Positions 25,201-37,808 of a DNA stretch of 64,000 nucleotides are shown here, piece after piece (the first letter of the stretch is position 1; the number at the start of each line of letters is the position of its first letter). A model generated the notes under the pieces. That model was not told where the DNA came from. It did not search any database and saw only the letters and a list, made by a program, of their open reading frames with translations. The position numbers were made by a program, and so were the translations under genes. Source of the DNA: Camelus dromedarius (taxonomy: Eukaryota); contig NC_087436.1 in NCBI RefSeq assembly GCF_036321535.1, positions 92,444,001-92,508,000 of the forward strand, in the 5' to 3' direction.

Positions 25201-28200
25201 CAAAAGAGTGCAGAGAGGAAAACCATTGACTATTTTATTTATTTATTGAATCAGCAGGAATGATGGTTGAATATGTATGTGAGGAACTTAGAGAAATAAA
25301 TTTTCCTCCACTCAATGTCAAAAGGCTTCCAGTGTTCCCAAGTTTAACTCCTGAGAAGCCATGCCCACCTCTCCCTCTGATCATCTGGGCACAGGTTTTT
25401 CAGTTTCTGTTTCTGTAAAGATTCCACTTTAGCCTGGTTAGGAGTCAGCCTCTGACGTATGGGAAGCAGAGGAGGGATCCCACAGGAGAATGCGGCTTTC
25501 TGACTGTCTGTGGGAGGGGAACCCTGCTGCCCCCGCAGGGTTCTGTGCGTTGCTGTTGTAGTCATGAGGAAAACACTAGCTTGGGTTTCTGACGTGCTTA
25601 TTTTTTGTGCTCAGTACTGGACCAAGGATTTTACAGGAATAATCCCATTTTCACCGAAAAACATTAGTAGGCAGGTACTATCATGCCCAGTCTTGAAAGG
25701 TAACTTCAGCTTGAGCGCTAAGTGGCCCTGGAAGATGGACCCAAGTCATCGGATTCCAGAGTCTAAGCAATGAGATTTTTCTGGGCCTCCATTGCCAGCG
25801 ACTCTTATAAATCTCTTATAAAGCAGGAGTAATAATAATACCCGTCTCTAGGATGCTGCTGTGAGGATTAAGCAAAACAATACCTTTTAAGTACAATGTC
25901 TGGCATGTAAGCACTTAAGATATATGGACCATTATCGTGGTCGTCATTATTATTTCTTTTATCGTTATAATTCCTGGTGGTAGGGGAGTTCCTCATTGCC
26001 AGCTGCTGTAAGAGGTGATTTTTTAAACAGCCGCCCTTCTCACTACTTAAATTTCTCTGCTTAATTGAGAATATGAACCTGAGCCAGCCAGGTCTGATCA
26101 TGGATACCAGTGTTTTTCCCTCGCTCATATATTTTACAGAAAATGAATTGTTAACCACATTTGATATTAATAAGCATATGAATATACATTTTTCAACACC
26201 ATGGTAAAAGAAACCTCTTTATGGGATTCCTCTTTTTTTTTTTTCTAGCTAAATTTGGTTTTCTAACACCATGGAAGCTTCAGATCTAACTTCCAGGCAT
26301 TCATGACATAAATGGTGAAGTTGTCATCTGTACCCTTTTTAGCTCGACTTATATGTATTCTGCAGACAAACCTCACTGTTTGGGGATCCAGCCACTGTTG
26401 AATGGCCCCTGAAAGAAATCCAGAATAAGCAAGTTGTTGACTTGACTCCAGAAAAGGAGGGGGGAATAAAGAATTGAGGCTACTTTGTCTTGATATGTCC
26501 CGTGAGTCTAATACAATGCATTGTGTATTGCTTTGAAAAATAAGTCAGGCAGATTTTAAACCGCACCGAGTTTTCCTCCACTGCCAGCTTTGGAACTTCA
26601 GTATTGTGAATTCTCTTTTACCATTAGCAAAGCTCCTTCAGTGTTTTTGGCCTGAAAATGTTTAAGATCTTAGTTTAACTTTAAAGGTGTTAATGTGTCC
26701 CTATCAAAAGCAAAGCTGTGTTGTTATAACGTCCCGTTTCAAGATGACTGTTCAGATACTGTTTGGCGCATGGCTTGCTCCAAGTAGCTCTCAGTGAAGG
26801 AAGCCAATTTTGTTACATTTGAGAGAAATGGGTTTATAAAAAAATGCAAACATTACCAAAAAATGAAAATAACATATAAACAAATAATCTGTTCTCTTTT
26901 CCTCTGATTTAAGATGGTGTCTGCCACAAGCCAAAGTATGTGGTTGAAAAAGTTCCATCAAACCTTTCGTTTGGTCTCATAAAAACTGAATGTGTCCCCT
27001 TTTCTTAAACAAAATTCAGTAATCTTGGCTTTTGTGCAGAAAGTGAAGTTGTTCACAAATTCATAGTGTTTATTTTGAGAAATTCTTCCTCCCTGGAAGC
27101 CTGAATATTCTGTATCTCTGTTTTTGGCTGAACATCTGAACTTTCCTAAGAACCCCTGTGAGACCTAGAATTACAGATAAAGGCTTTCTAACCAGCCTGC
27201 CCTGCTGCCATCTCCCCCCAGCTTGTTGGCATTTCTGAGGGGAGTAGGCCATGCCTGGGGACTTCTTTGTGCCTCTGATGAGTCGGCAGGACCATAAAAC
27301 TGACAGTTTCTAGGAAACCTGTGTCCCCGATGTGTCTGCATGCCTTCACCCCTGCTCCTCCATGGACATGGTATTTATCTCAGTTACAGATGGAGACTCT
27401 GAGTTCACAGAGCATGTGGGGTGCTGAATTTTGGCCTAGGTCACTCTACGTCCAAAACTGTTTTCCTTTTTGTTTTTAAATAACCCTTTCTTCTCCAGGG
27501 GTGATGGGGACTCGATCACAGAAAAAAAGCACTCTAGGAGGCATCCCCCACATCTTCCAACTTGTCCCTACCTCCTTTCCCACTCACCACCAGGACACAG
27601 AGCAGCGGAAAGAGGAATGCTCTTCTAGCAAATGAAGGTGTTTGGGCATCTTGTATTTATGAAATTCACGGAAGACCCTAGATTTCATTTTACAGCAACA
27701 ATAGTACATAGATTTATTTGAATAGATGTAGGAAATAATGGAAATTGTGTGCATTTGGGTTTTGCAGTGAGAAAACACAACAGATAATGATTCCTCTCTA
27801 TTCCTGCCTTAATTAATTAATTCAAGTCATTGGGGAAATGGGCCCAACATTAGCTTTCTTTGTGGTTCTGGGTAGGAATTTCTCTCAGGCCCCAGATGTG
27901 ACTTTCTCCAAACCGTTGATTTGGTAATTTGCTTACTTTCAAAAACCCAGTTGTATATTCTGAGCAGCCTCTTCCTGGCTGAATTGAAGGCAATAGACTG
28001 AATGTCTGCCCACCCAGCCCCTCCAGAATGCTTCCTTCTGCGTGTGAGTCACTGCCGCCACTGGAGAATATTTACTACCAGGCTCAAAGTAAGTGTTCAG
28101 GAGGCTTTCAGTGGTGGTTTCAAATAATTACTATGAGGGCTTTGGTAAAAGCCTTTATCCACAAAACTATTTAAATTATATAATTATATCCCCTACCTCA

Positions 28201-30079
28201 CTCTTCCTTCCTTTCCTGGGGTTTGTTTCTCTTTGCTCCGCGCCCCCAATCCCAACACGAAAGATAGATGTGGACCCAGATTGGACACTTCTCTGCCTTC
28301 TCTCTAGGGAACGCAAAATGAGACTAGATGCCTCACAAGGAGTAATTTGCCTGATGGAACCTATCATAATCCCAAATCTCAAACCTCTATCCCAGGACCA
28401 AGAGCAATTTACCCAGCGCTGCAACTTCCTCTTCCGACCGTCTTCCATTTTGTAACCTTTGACCTTTTTCAGATGGCATGACCCTACTGGGAGATTGGAC
28501 CATTTCCTCAATTACAGTGTTTTATATCTACTCCAGCCCTAGAAAGCCCATGTCTGTATAGCAGCCAGGCATGAACATTTTTTGTCAATTTCCCTCTCCG
28601 TTATATTTAGCAATATGTATTGATTAAATGCATTCGCTTGGCTGCCTTCCACGAAGCAGTTTTAGAAGACCTCTTTGACCATATGGTTTTAATGAGTTCA
28701 CCTTCTGTCTGCCTTTACCCATTTTGGAAAAAATTACTTTATGTTGGTTTGGATCTACGTGAATTTGTTTTTAAATGTTATATTCTAATAGAGCCTGGGA
28801 GTTTAGAAACACCAAACTTTTTTGGTCAAAAACTGTCCAAGAGAGCCAGTGATCCTGACGCGAATGAATACTAAGTGGACCAACTGTATGTAAATATAGT
28901 TTCTCTTTACTCTCAGGCATACGTGCTTTACAACTTACTATCGCCTGCAGTAGCTACAGGAGTGGTTGATACATGTGTTGCACAGGGGCATGTGGAATGT
29001 CCAGTGTTCCACTGAATCAGTAACACATTGTCAAAAAATAATACCCAATGGCTTATCTGCACGGCTTTTATGGGCGTCATAACTCACTCTTTAAGAACGT
29101 GCTAACACTGTTCATATTTGATATGGTCATAATGTGTTACTAACAGTGTCCTTGGAATGCTCTGTTAACTTGTAATTTTAGGGTGTGAACACTTGGAGGG
29201 TGTAAAAATAGAGAAAGAATGAAACATTTGGCCATAAATTTGTAAATATTTCATGTTTTAAATGATGATGAGGTGGGGCCACAAACCACCAAAACGGCTA
29301 AAAAAAAAAAAGTGTAAGATTCTTACATATATCCTGTTATTTGACATTTTAAGTTAACTGATAGTAGATATTAAAACTAAATAGGCAAACTAAGGTTTTT
29401 TCACCCCATAGTTTATTTATCTGCTTTTAATAATAATACCTAAGAAGTTACGTTGATAGTGTTAAGTTTTCTTTATCATATTTTCAACCTAGTATTTATG
29501 AATTGCTCATTTGCATATAATGCTATTTTATGTAACTCTGCATTTATATATATATAATTTTATATTCTTTATGGGAGCTTAAAGTCTAACAGATATTGAT
29601 GTGGTCATCTGTGCAAAAAACATAGATACTAAAAGAGAAATGCGAAATCAGTTTGTAACTTTCGGGTTATTTTCTGCTCAAGAGTTGTATCAGGATGGAG
29701 ATGGAAATTAAGAGATAAAGGAAAACAGTCCAGGTGAATTATATAAATATTTGTCCTCCTACCATCTACCAAATAGCTCATAGGAGAGGAGATAATGCCA
29801 TCTTCTCTGTAATTGGGGGAAGGCAGGTTTCCAGATACTTTTATGTAGAAGAAGTAGCAGCTAGGAGAGTTGAGTGTGAGCAGTCAAAGGGTAGACTGAA
29901 ATAAATTTGCCATAGGAAGATTTCAAAAGGAAGCTGGAAGTCATCTCAGTAATATCCCACTTGGATTGCACCGTTGCTGTGCGGTGATTGGCAGGTTGCA
30001 GACCATTCTTCTTCATGTGTTGACACCTCTATGAGATCCAATGTTAGAGGAAGGAAACGAACTAGTTTTCTTGGATGTC

Positions 30080-30285
30080 ACCTCTGAGCCATGCACCAGA
30101 CAGGACACTTGAGTTAGCACATCTTGTCACCACAATAGCCCTACAAAAGAGATATTAACCCAATATAATGAATGAGAAGAATTTGAGCCAGAGAAGTGAA
30201 GTAACCTGCCTGGAGGCAAACGGCCACAAGTGGGAAAGCGGTGATTCATCCCAAGCCATTCTGATGCCGCGTTACCGCCTTCTAG
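30080..30285 (-). mobile_element. MIR SINE
   Basis: cacaatagccctac...gagaagtgaagtaacctgcctggagg...attcatcccaagcc. Degraded antisense MIR. Confidence 0.6.
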
Positions 30286-32178
30286 AGCACATCAAATGAA
30301 AAAATAAATGAGGAGGTAAATTAGAATATATTTATATACTCCTGGTGAAAAAGTTTCTCAGTAGACCATGAAATGAACTTACCTGTGACGCCTTTTCATG
30401 TAACATGGCTTATAGCCCTTTCTAGAACACTGAGCCTTTCTAGAACATCTGATCCAAAAGTATGTTTTGGAATTTTTGTTGGTAGTGAACCCTACCTACT
30501 CCTTACTTCTCATTTAGTTTTTTCCTGTCACATCACTAAGGAATTTTTTTTCAGAATCAAACACTTACTGTTTCCTTTCCAGGGAAAGTATAACTGTTTG
30601 ATGAGCTTGTTTTCTACAACCCCCTGAAACTGGGGAAAACCCTGAGTTTTGAGCCATGGGCTATGTTTCAGTTTCTGGAACTTAAGTTCTTTACAGTGTG
30701 GCTTCATCATTTGGCTCCGCCATTTAGCTTCAAATCTAACAGTGCCCAGAAGCATCATGTGAGCCCTCATGGCCAGCTTTGACTTCCTAACGACAAAAGC
30801 ACCACTTTTTCACTGTCATACATTTGTTATACGATGCTGGCTGCCTCCTCGCCACTGATGGGTGACTTGTGCACGTCAGCTGATGAGTTTTAAAATTATT
30901 TTACAGGGACTCAACCTCCAACAAGTTGTCTTATTTCATAGGAGTCCCCATCTTTGTTCAACAAGTTTCCTACAGATGTTTGCCTATAATATAATGTTGC
31001 ATTTTGCCCTTTTTGTGGAAAGTAAGTGAAAACAAACCCGTGGTGCTCATGCTAAAGTAAGAAGTACAGGCTTCATAAGCTTAAGTCCATTCTGAGAAGG
31101 GTGAAAGTTGTGTCTTCCAAAAGTGACTCATCATTAACCCAAGTTGTATGCTTATTTTACTTCAGTGGTGGTGAACTCGTGAAGGAAAAGAGCAAATCCA
31201 AGAACAATGCAGTGCATTGTTGAATAGTGTGTCCAAAAGTCAAAGTGTAATTCAGAACTTTGGTATCTTTTTTTTTTTCCCTTTCTGGGAATAGAATCCT
31301 CCTTATAAGTTTATCACTAGACCTGCACACCTTTAACAGATTCCCAGGAGTAAATACAAGTGCTGAGTGTTTATCTGTGTTCAGACCCAAGCACCAGCAT
31401 ATAGTGGGAACTAAATCAGTATGTATCTGTATACTTTTTTCCTTTAACTTGTGCTGTTTGGCTTCGCCTTGCTGATGACACCCTCTGGGATATAGAGAGT
31501 GATCGCACATTTTCTTCTGTTGCTGTAAGTATCCGCGGCCCTGAAGCAGGGTGTGGAAGCCACAGCATTCAGGTGTTACATCTTAGACTCTCTGTGATCT
31601 TCACTTCATCTCCTCATCTCTGCTGGTTATGCCGGACTAGACTAGTTTTCTAGTCAAAGGCTAGAGGCTCTAATTTTCCTTTCCTTAGGGATATTTCCAC
31701 ATTCTCTACTAGGGTGTTCCCGGGATATGTTCCTAAGTAAGAATATCTGTCCTGTAAACCCATAAAAGGAATCAGGAAGAAAAACCAAAATCCAGAAGCC
31801 GAAAGGGACCGTTTATATGCAGGTGCTTTCCGCAGCATTGCGTGTGGGGCCATCAAAAACATAGTTCTTAGGTGGCCTAACATGTTCTTTGCACATCTGG
31901 CCTCTGGTTCTTTAGACTGTTCCAAGCAAAGTTTTTTGCCAAAATGAAAACGACAAGTTGCATGCTATGATACTTTCCAAACAAGTCAGGGCTTTCCACT
32001 TATTTCACTATAAAACTGTATCAGATTTCATTGTCTAGGGTGCCCTATATGATTTTTATCAAGGATTTCCTTGGCAAAGGTCATGTAAAAGTAATGAAAA
32101 AGATCATCATAAAGCTGCCAGTCTCTAATGTCTTAAAAATCATTGTTATTTTATCTTATTTTATTATTTTGGAGGGTA

Positions 32179-32690
32179 TATTGGGGCTCAGGACACCCAC
32201 CCGAAAATGTGCCAGAGTGGCATATCGAATATTGTGAATTGAAGTTACTTAACAAGCAGCCAGTACAAGAGGAACATTCTTACCCTTCTTTGTCCCTAGA
32301 AAACAAGAAATAAATCTCCCATTTGAAAGCTACCCTCCTTGCATCAGGAGGTAGAGAGACATCCATCCTTATCATCAGAGATAGGGAATTCAGGGCCACA
32401 AGGGCTGTTTAAACAAACCTTGTTACTTCCTCACTAATTTACTACTCCAAGCTTAAACTTCTTTGTCTTGTCAATTCGTCACAAATTGATTGTTTCTTTA
32501 TCTAAAAAGTATAAGAGCTGCCTGCGTTGGCCACTTCTTAGGTCCCATTTCTATGAGACCTCCATACACAGGAAGTAAGTATGTTGGTTTGTTTTCTTCC
32601 TCCTGTTAAACTGTCTTGTGCCAATTTAATTATTAGACCAGTCAAAAGAATTCCGGAAGGGAAGGGTGGGACGTTTCCCCCTCCCCAACA
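32179..32690 (+). mobile_element. ERV1-class solo LTR (MER34/MER39-like), full length with 4-bp TSD
   Basis: Termini TATTGGGG...CCCCAACA form an inverted repeat with one mismatch. GGTA flanks both sides (32175-32178 and 32691-32694). TATA-like tataaga at 32510. The 5' end resembles the recalled MER39 start TGTTGGGGCTCAG. Confidence 0.88.
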
Positions 32691-32726
32691 GGTATTCTAT
32701 GGACATGTTATCTGTTTTGCCAGGCA

Positions 32727-32798
32727 GAACCCCAAAGGTTCAACTAGAACTTTATTTGGGGTTCTAGTTGAACCCCAAAGGTTCAACTAGAACTTTAT
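32727..32798. repeat. 29-bp perfect direct duplication with an inverted spacer
   Basis: gaaccccaaaggttcaactagaactttat at 32727-32755 and again at 32770-32798. The spacer is made of reverse-complement pieces of the same unit. Confidence 0.97.
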
Positions 32799-35700
32799 GA
32801 CTCTGACTTTATTCCAGTCAGAGTCATCTTTGTGAGGAATTCTACTTGACCTAATTATCTGCCAAGCATCGTTCTTTCCTTTTATTTTTCTTTTCCAAGC
32901 GTGTTTCTTATAAACCAAATGCCTATTGTTTCTTCTCCTCGGTCCACAGTTACATAACCTGGCTTGAGCAGTAAGTAGCTTGTCTAGGCGTTGATTATGT
33001 TATATTCATCAGGCAATTTATGTTCTACGAGATAGAAGGAAGTGTTAGATCATAACCACCACTTTGTTCTCCATTTCCTCTATAATAAAATAAGCCCAAT
33101 AAATAACATTGTATTTATTGCTCTAATTAAGAGTATCCAAGATGACACAGAAGTTTTACAGGCAGCAAAAAACAATCCTCAAAATGGTCCCACAAGAAAA
33201 CCACTGTAACTTCTCACAAGGTATTCTCCGATCACTAATGATTTGGTTATTCTTTCATTACTAAGCTTGTGCTGATTTGATTTTCATCTCTTTATCAAGG
33301 GCCTCAGTCCCAAAGGGAAGTAGAGATATAAACAGATAAGCAATTATTCATCATGGTACACTGTGTGAGTATAAACAAGTATTTGGAGAATCTATAAGAT
33401 GGGGGTATTTGCGTCATCTGGAGGACTGGGGAACAGTAGAGTCAAGGGGACATTTCTCAGTTTATTTGTTCATTGCTTTTAGTATGTAGTCTTAAAGGAA
33501 AAAATAGTGATAATGGGGGATACTAAAGATGCCAGGGAGAAGTGGGAGGGACAGAAGTGAGAAAAGAAGCCAGGTCTTCCTTCTGGTTTAAGATTAGGGA
33601 GGATTAGGTAAAGGGAAGTTTTGAGAGAGGAAAGTCGGTATGAATGTTCTCAGTAAATAGGTAGATGTTTGTTGCAGTGACAGGGGCCAAAGCTGGAGTC
33701 TCGAGCAGAAAAGAGAGGGTCTGAGTAGCCTCCGAGAGCAGTGGAATCGGCTCAGCGTGGGTACAAGCCTAGACCAGCATACTGGGCACCTGTGGATAAG
33801 AGAAGAGCTGGAGTAGAGCCTGTCCCCAGGGGGAGATGATTTTATTCCCTCCTGTAGTGTCAGGACTAAGAGCGCAGGAGGACTGCTGGTTGTGGACTGA
33901 ACTGTGACCTGGCACAGCAGGCAAGCGTGGTGGGAGAGCAGAGGGGCTCCTGATGAGCGCGTGCGGGTGGTGGGGAGGGAGAGGAGAGCTGGACTCCAGC
34001 GCCCATGTGGGATGCAGGCTGCTGGAGGTGCCAGCAAATCCCACTTTCCCTGCAGCTCCCTCCCTTCCCTGGATCCCCGCCTGGCCAGGTGCCTGAGCCC
34101 CGCCTTTCCCCATGCCTCTGTCTCCCCAAACTGCCTTTACTTCTGACTGTCCCTGATGATGGCAACAGATACTCCTTTTCTCTTAGCCCACAAATCGGAC
34201 TTTGTAGCACAAGGAGATACAGAGCTTTATTTTGTTGTACTATGTGGTCTTGTATCCTTTTTCAGAATTAGCTTCTTATTTATGTATTTTCACTTTCACA
34301 TGTCACTAAGTTTCAATGTTGAAACATTTCCCCATTCAGTAGCCAAAAAGAAAACAAAGCAACAGCTAATGTAGTAATAAATTTATTTCTAGCTACAGGA
34401 GATAAGCTTCAATGCAATATGGCCATAAAGTATGGCTCCCAGGCTTAGGGGAGAAGCAATAAGCTTCCATAAGGAAAAAAAAAATTTTTAATACTCCTGG
34501 CAGTATAAATAAGGGTAAAATATAACATGTAACTGGCAGCGCACACCAACAACAGAGCTGCTTACAAAAGAAAACTATAAACTAAAATAAGAAAATGTTT
34601 GAAACTTTTCTGTTGTTATTACCTTGCACCCCAGGTGGGCTGATGGGAGAATTCACTGTGCAAAGAGCTTGACTCACCATCTGAAATGTTATCTCTGTGA
34701 CATATCCTGGCACCTTTTGATTTGCTGAGGATCTGTGATAATCACCCAGGGAACCCAGGGGTGCTGACACCGCGAATAAGTTCTCAGCACATTTTGAGGT
34801 GTTAGAGGGCACCAGTGGAAGGAGTTAGAGTGGGTCCCACAGGCTGGTTAATGAGGGAGCTTGCACAACTCAGGGCTTTACTTGACTTTCAGTCTTGCTT
34901 TGCAGCAAAGAAGTTTGAAGTCCTCCTGCAGTGCATCTCAGGTTTCATTTGGGTTTTCAGATCAGAAGTGACTTGGGCAAAAGCTTAAAAAACAGAGTGG
35001 CGGATGGTTGGATGGATGGATGAATAGGAAGATAGGTGCATAGGTAGAATGTTAGATAGGGAGATAGGCAGGCAGGCAGGAAATAGATACGCAGGTCCAC
35101 ACGCATGCATTTTAGGGGGCAGGGCCTTGGTCTGAAAGACTGTTGAAGTAATAGGAATTATTTGTTCTCTGGAAAATTAAAGAGCATAAAACAGAAGACC
35201 AAACCCTCTCTCTGTCTCTCTGGAATCAGAAGTGATAATAGAGGGGAAATGGAGTGCTTCCAGTGGGGTGAAATCCGAGTGTATCAGTGCTCTCATTCCA
35301 TAAATATGTATTTCCCGAGCATCTGTAATTGCAGGCTCTGTGCTTGTGGCTGGGAACCAGATTAAACATTGTCCCTCCCCTCAAGGAACTGAGGGCCTTG
35401 CTCGCATAGAGTGAATTAGACTTGGTAGCGTGGAGTGAGTCTGGGAGGGCTTGGGAGGATGAACTTGATTTAAAAGAGAGTGGAATCTCTTCAGGAGGAA
35501 AGGGGGGTCCAGAGAGGGGGAATTGAAGGAGTCAAGATTTCGAAGGGAAATGTGAACAAAAGTTAGTAAGGCTTAAATTTTGGGCTTTATCAGGTAAGCA
35601 GTAGGAAGCCATTGAAAAAATCTGGAGCAAGAGGAGACATGATTTGTGTTTCAAATTTGTTTTGTAGAGAGAAGTCTCCGTTGGCGGTCAAGACGAGATG

Positions 35701-37635
35701 AGAGACAGATGATGAGGGCTCTGGGGAGACTACGGAGGGAGTGGGTGTGGGGATTCCATCTTATAATTTGCTGTGCCTGGTACTGTTGGTTTGTTTTTGC
35801 TGGATTATGTAGAGAAAGACAAGCTAGCACAGAAATTTAATTCTGAGTTTGGAATTAGAAACCATGTATTTGTGGCCCAGGAAGTTCCACTCTAAGTCTC
35901 ACTCTTGTCATCTGCAGAAGGGGGACAAGGGTCATGCCTCCTGCACAGGGTTGTCACAAGTGTTGTATCTGTGTGTGCAGCCCTCAGAACCATGACTGGT
36001 GCGTGGTATGTGCTAAATATTGTTTTATTTTTATTTTTCATCAGTTCATTAATTTGCTTGTTCATTCATTTCACCCATGGGAATTTGCTTTTAAGACAAT
36101 CCAGGGTAATCTACGATGGGTAGTTATTGATCAGTTTTGCTTACAGAATTTTACTGACATTTTTCACCTCTTTTTCTTAAAGTCCTCTTGGACCAAAAAT
36201 TTCCAACCAGAAATGGGAGGGGGAGGCCTGTAAATTAAAACAGCTTTTTTCCCCACTGATGTAAAGTGTGAACAGAAAATTTTGCAAAGAATGCTGCTAT
36301 GTGGTGGTCCTCCGTGTCACTGTAACGAGGAACAGGGGAAGTGTTAAATGAATTTCCAGTGTTGGGAAGTTTGGGCAGTCTTACTTTACAGTACAACACG
36401 GTTCTATTATTCTGATAAACAGGTTCTGAAATTCCAGACCATAGTGTGAACCACATTTGAAATACAAATGCAGAAACACCTTCAAAAATCCCCAATATAA
36501 AATTTTAATCACCTCTGCCTTTGCATCCCTGTTTGTGAGGATAACTCACATAAAGTGTACCACAGTCTTAAATTGGAACAATAATTGTATCTCCCTTGAC
36601 TATAACAATAATTAGTATGTAAGTATTACTTTATTATAGGTATCTTTTATTATATAAATATAGATTTGTGTTTATTATATAAATAGCTACCAGCTCAGAT
36701 TCTAGCATTCAGAACAAAGCTTCCAATAGTTGTTTCTTATATTTCCTTGTGCAAAGCTCATGTTGTGTTTCTTGGCAATGTTGGGGCTCTGTTGAAATAA
36801 GAAGCTGACTGTATTAGGTTATAGGAAAAGTCTACAGGATTTGGGGAGAAAACTAAGTATCCTGAAACTTTGAAGAGCTGGGAAAGCAGTGGTTCTTCAC
36901 AGAGGGAGACAGATACAGCCCTTCTGCAGCCTGGAGGTGAACAAAGCGTTCCTTGACGGTGAAGGTTTTTATTGTGCCTGAAGGTGAACTCTTCATTGAT
37001 GGAGGAGGTTCTTTTATCCAATCCGTCGAGATTACTAGGCCACATGTCACCAGCCCCAACTGAAACACAGCACCTCGTGAAATCATGATTAAAGTTATAG
37101 ATGCCAATCCATGAAGTGGCAAGAGATTACAGATACTGCATTTCCTCCTCTCGGTTACTAGGAATTAAAGTTTCCATCGCATTGAGTATTTCTGAAAGAA
37201 TACCCATAAATTATTTAAATTATATTCCCTGACGTTTCCCCTTGGTTCATAGCTAAGCAGTTTTGACTAGTTCAGTGTTGTGGTGCATTAACAAGATACT
37301 TTACTGAATATGTTTTTGCAAGATTGTGATTGTGCGGTTGAAATAGTGAGCAAAGATGGCAGGGCCACGGGTGACGTATAATCTAGTCCCTACCCTGCTC
37401 GGAACAGAGGTGTGACTTTAAAGGGAGTAATTTACTTTTTTTTTTTTTCTGATAATGTTTGTCCAATCTCCTTTGAGGGGCTTTTGTGAGAATCAAATAA
37501 GTGGAGGTTTGTGAAAGCAGTTTGAAACATAAAAGGCACTAAAAATAACTCAACATAGTTGCCGAACATCCTGAAGGCATCTTTGCAGAACAAATGGGAG
37601 TAGATGTTGAGGGTGTTTTTTGTTTAATTTTACAG

Positions 37636-37808
37636 GCAACGAGGGAAACTCTCAGCCGTCACTGCACTACACTAGGTGACGCCCTTCTGAAGGAGAATGA
37701 CTTTGCTCTCATCATCGATGGGAAGACCCTCAAGTACGCCTTAACCTTTGGAGTGCGCCAGTATTTCCTGGATTTGGCTTTGTCGTGCAAAGCTGTGATT
37801 TGCTGCAG
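37636..37808 (+). CDS. ATP8A1: ATP8A1 coding exon (window exon 5; [58 protein letters not shown])
   Basis: Acceptor tttaattttacag and donor AG|gtaggt. 173 nt, phase 0 to 2. Contains the ALIIDG and AVICCR motifs typical of P4-ATPases. Confidence 0.97.

Noticed and set aside
32727..32798. CRISPR-like repeat-spacer-repeat
   Set aside because: There are only two copies, the spacer derives from the repeat itself, the context is a mammalian intron and there are no cas genes.
37594..37635. In-frame intronic ATG as an alternative start before exon 5
   Set aside because: A 14-codon open stretch is expected by chance, and there is no promoter evidence.
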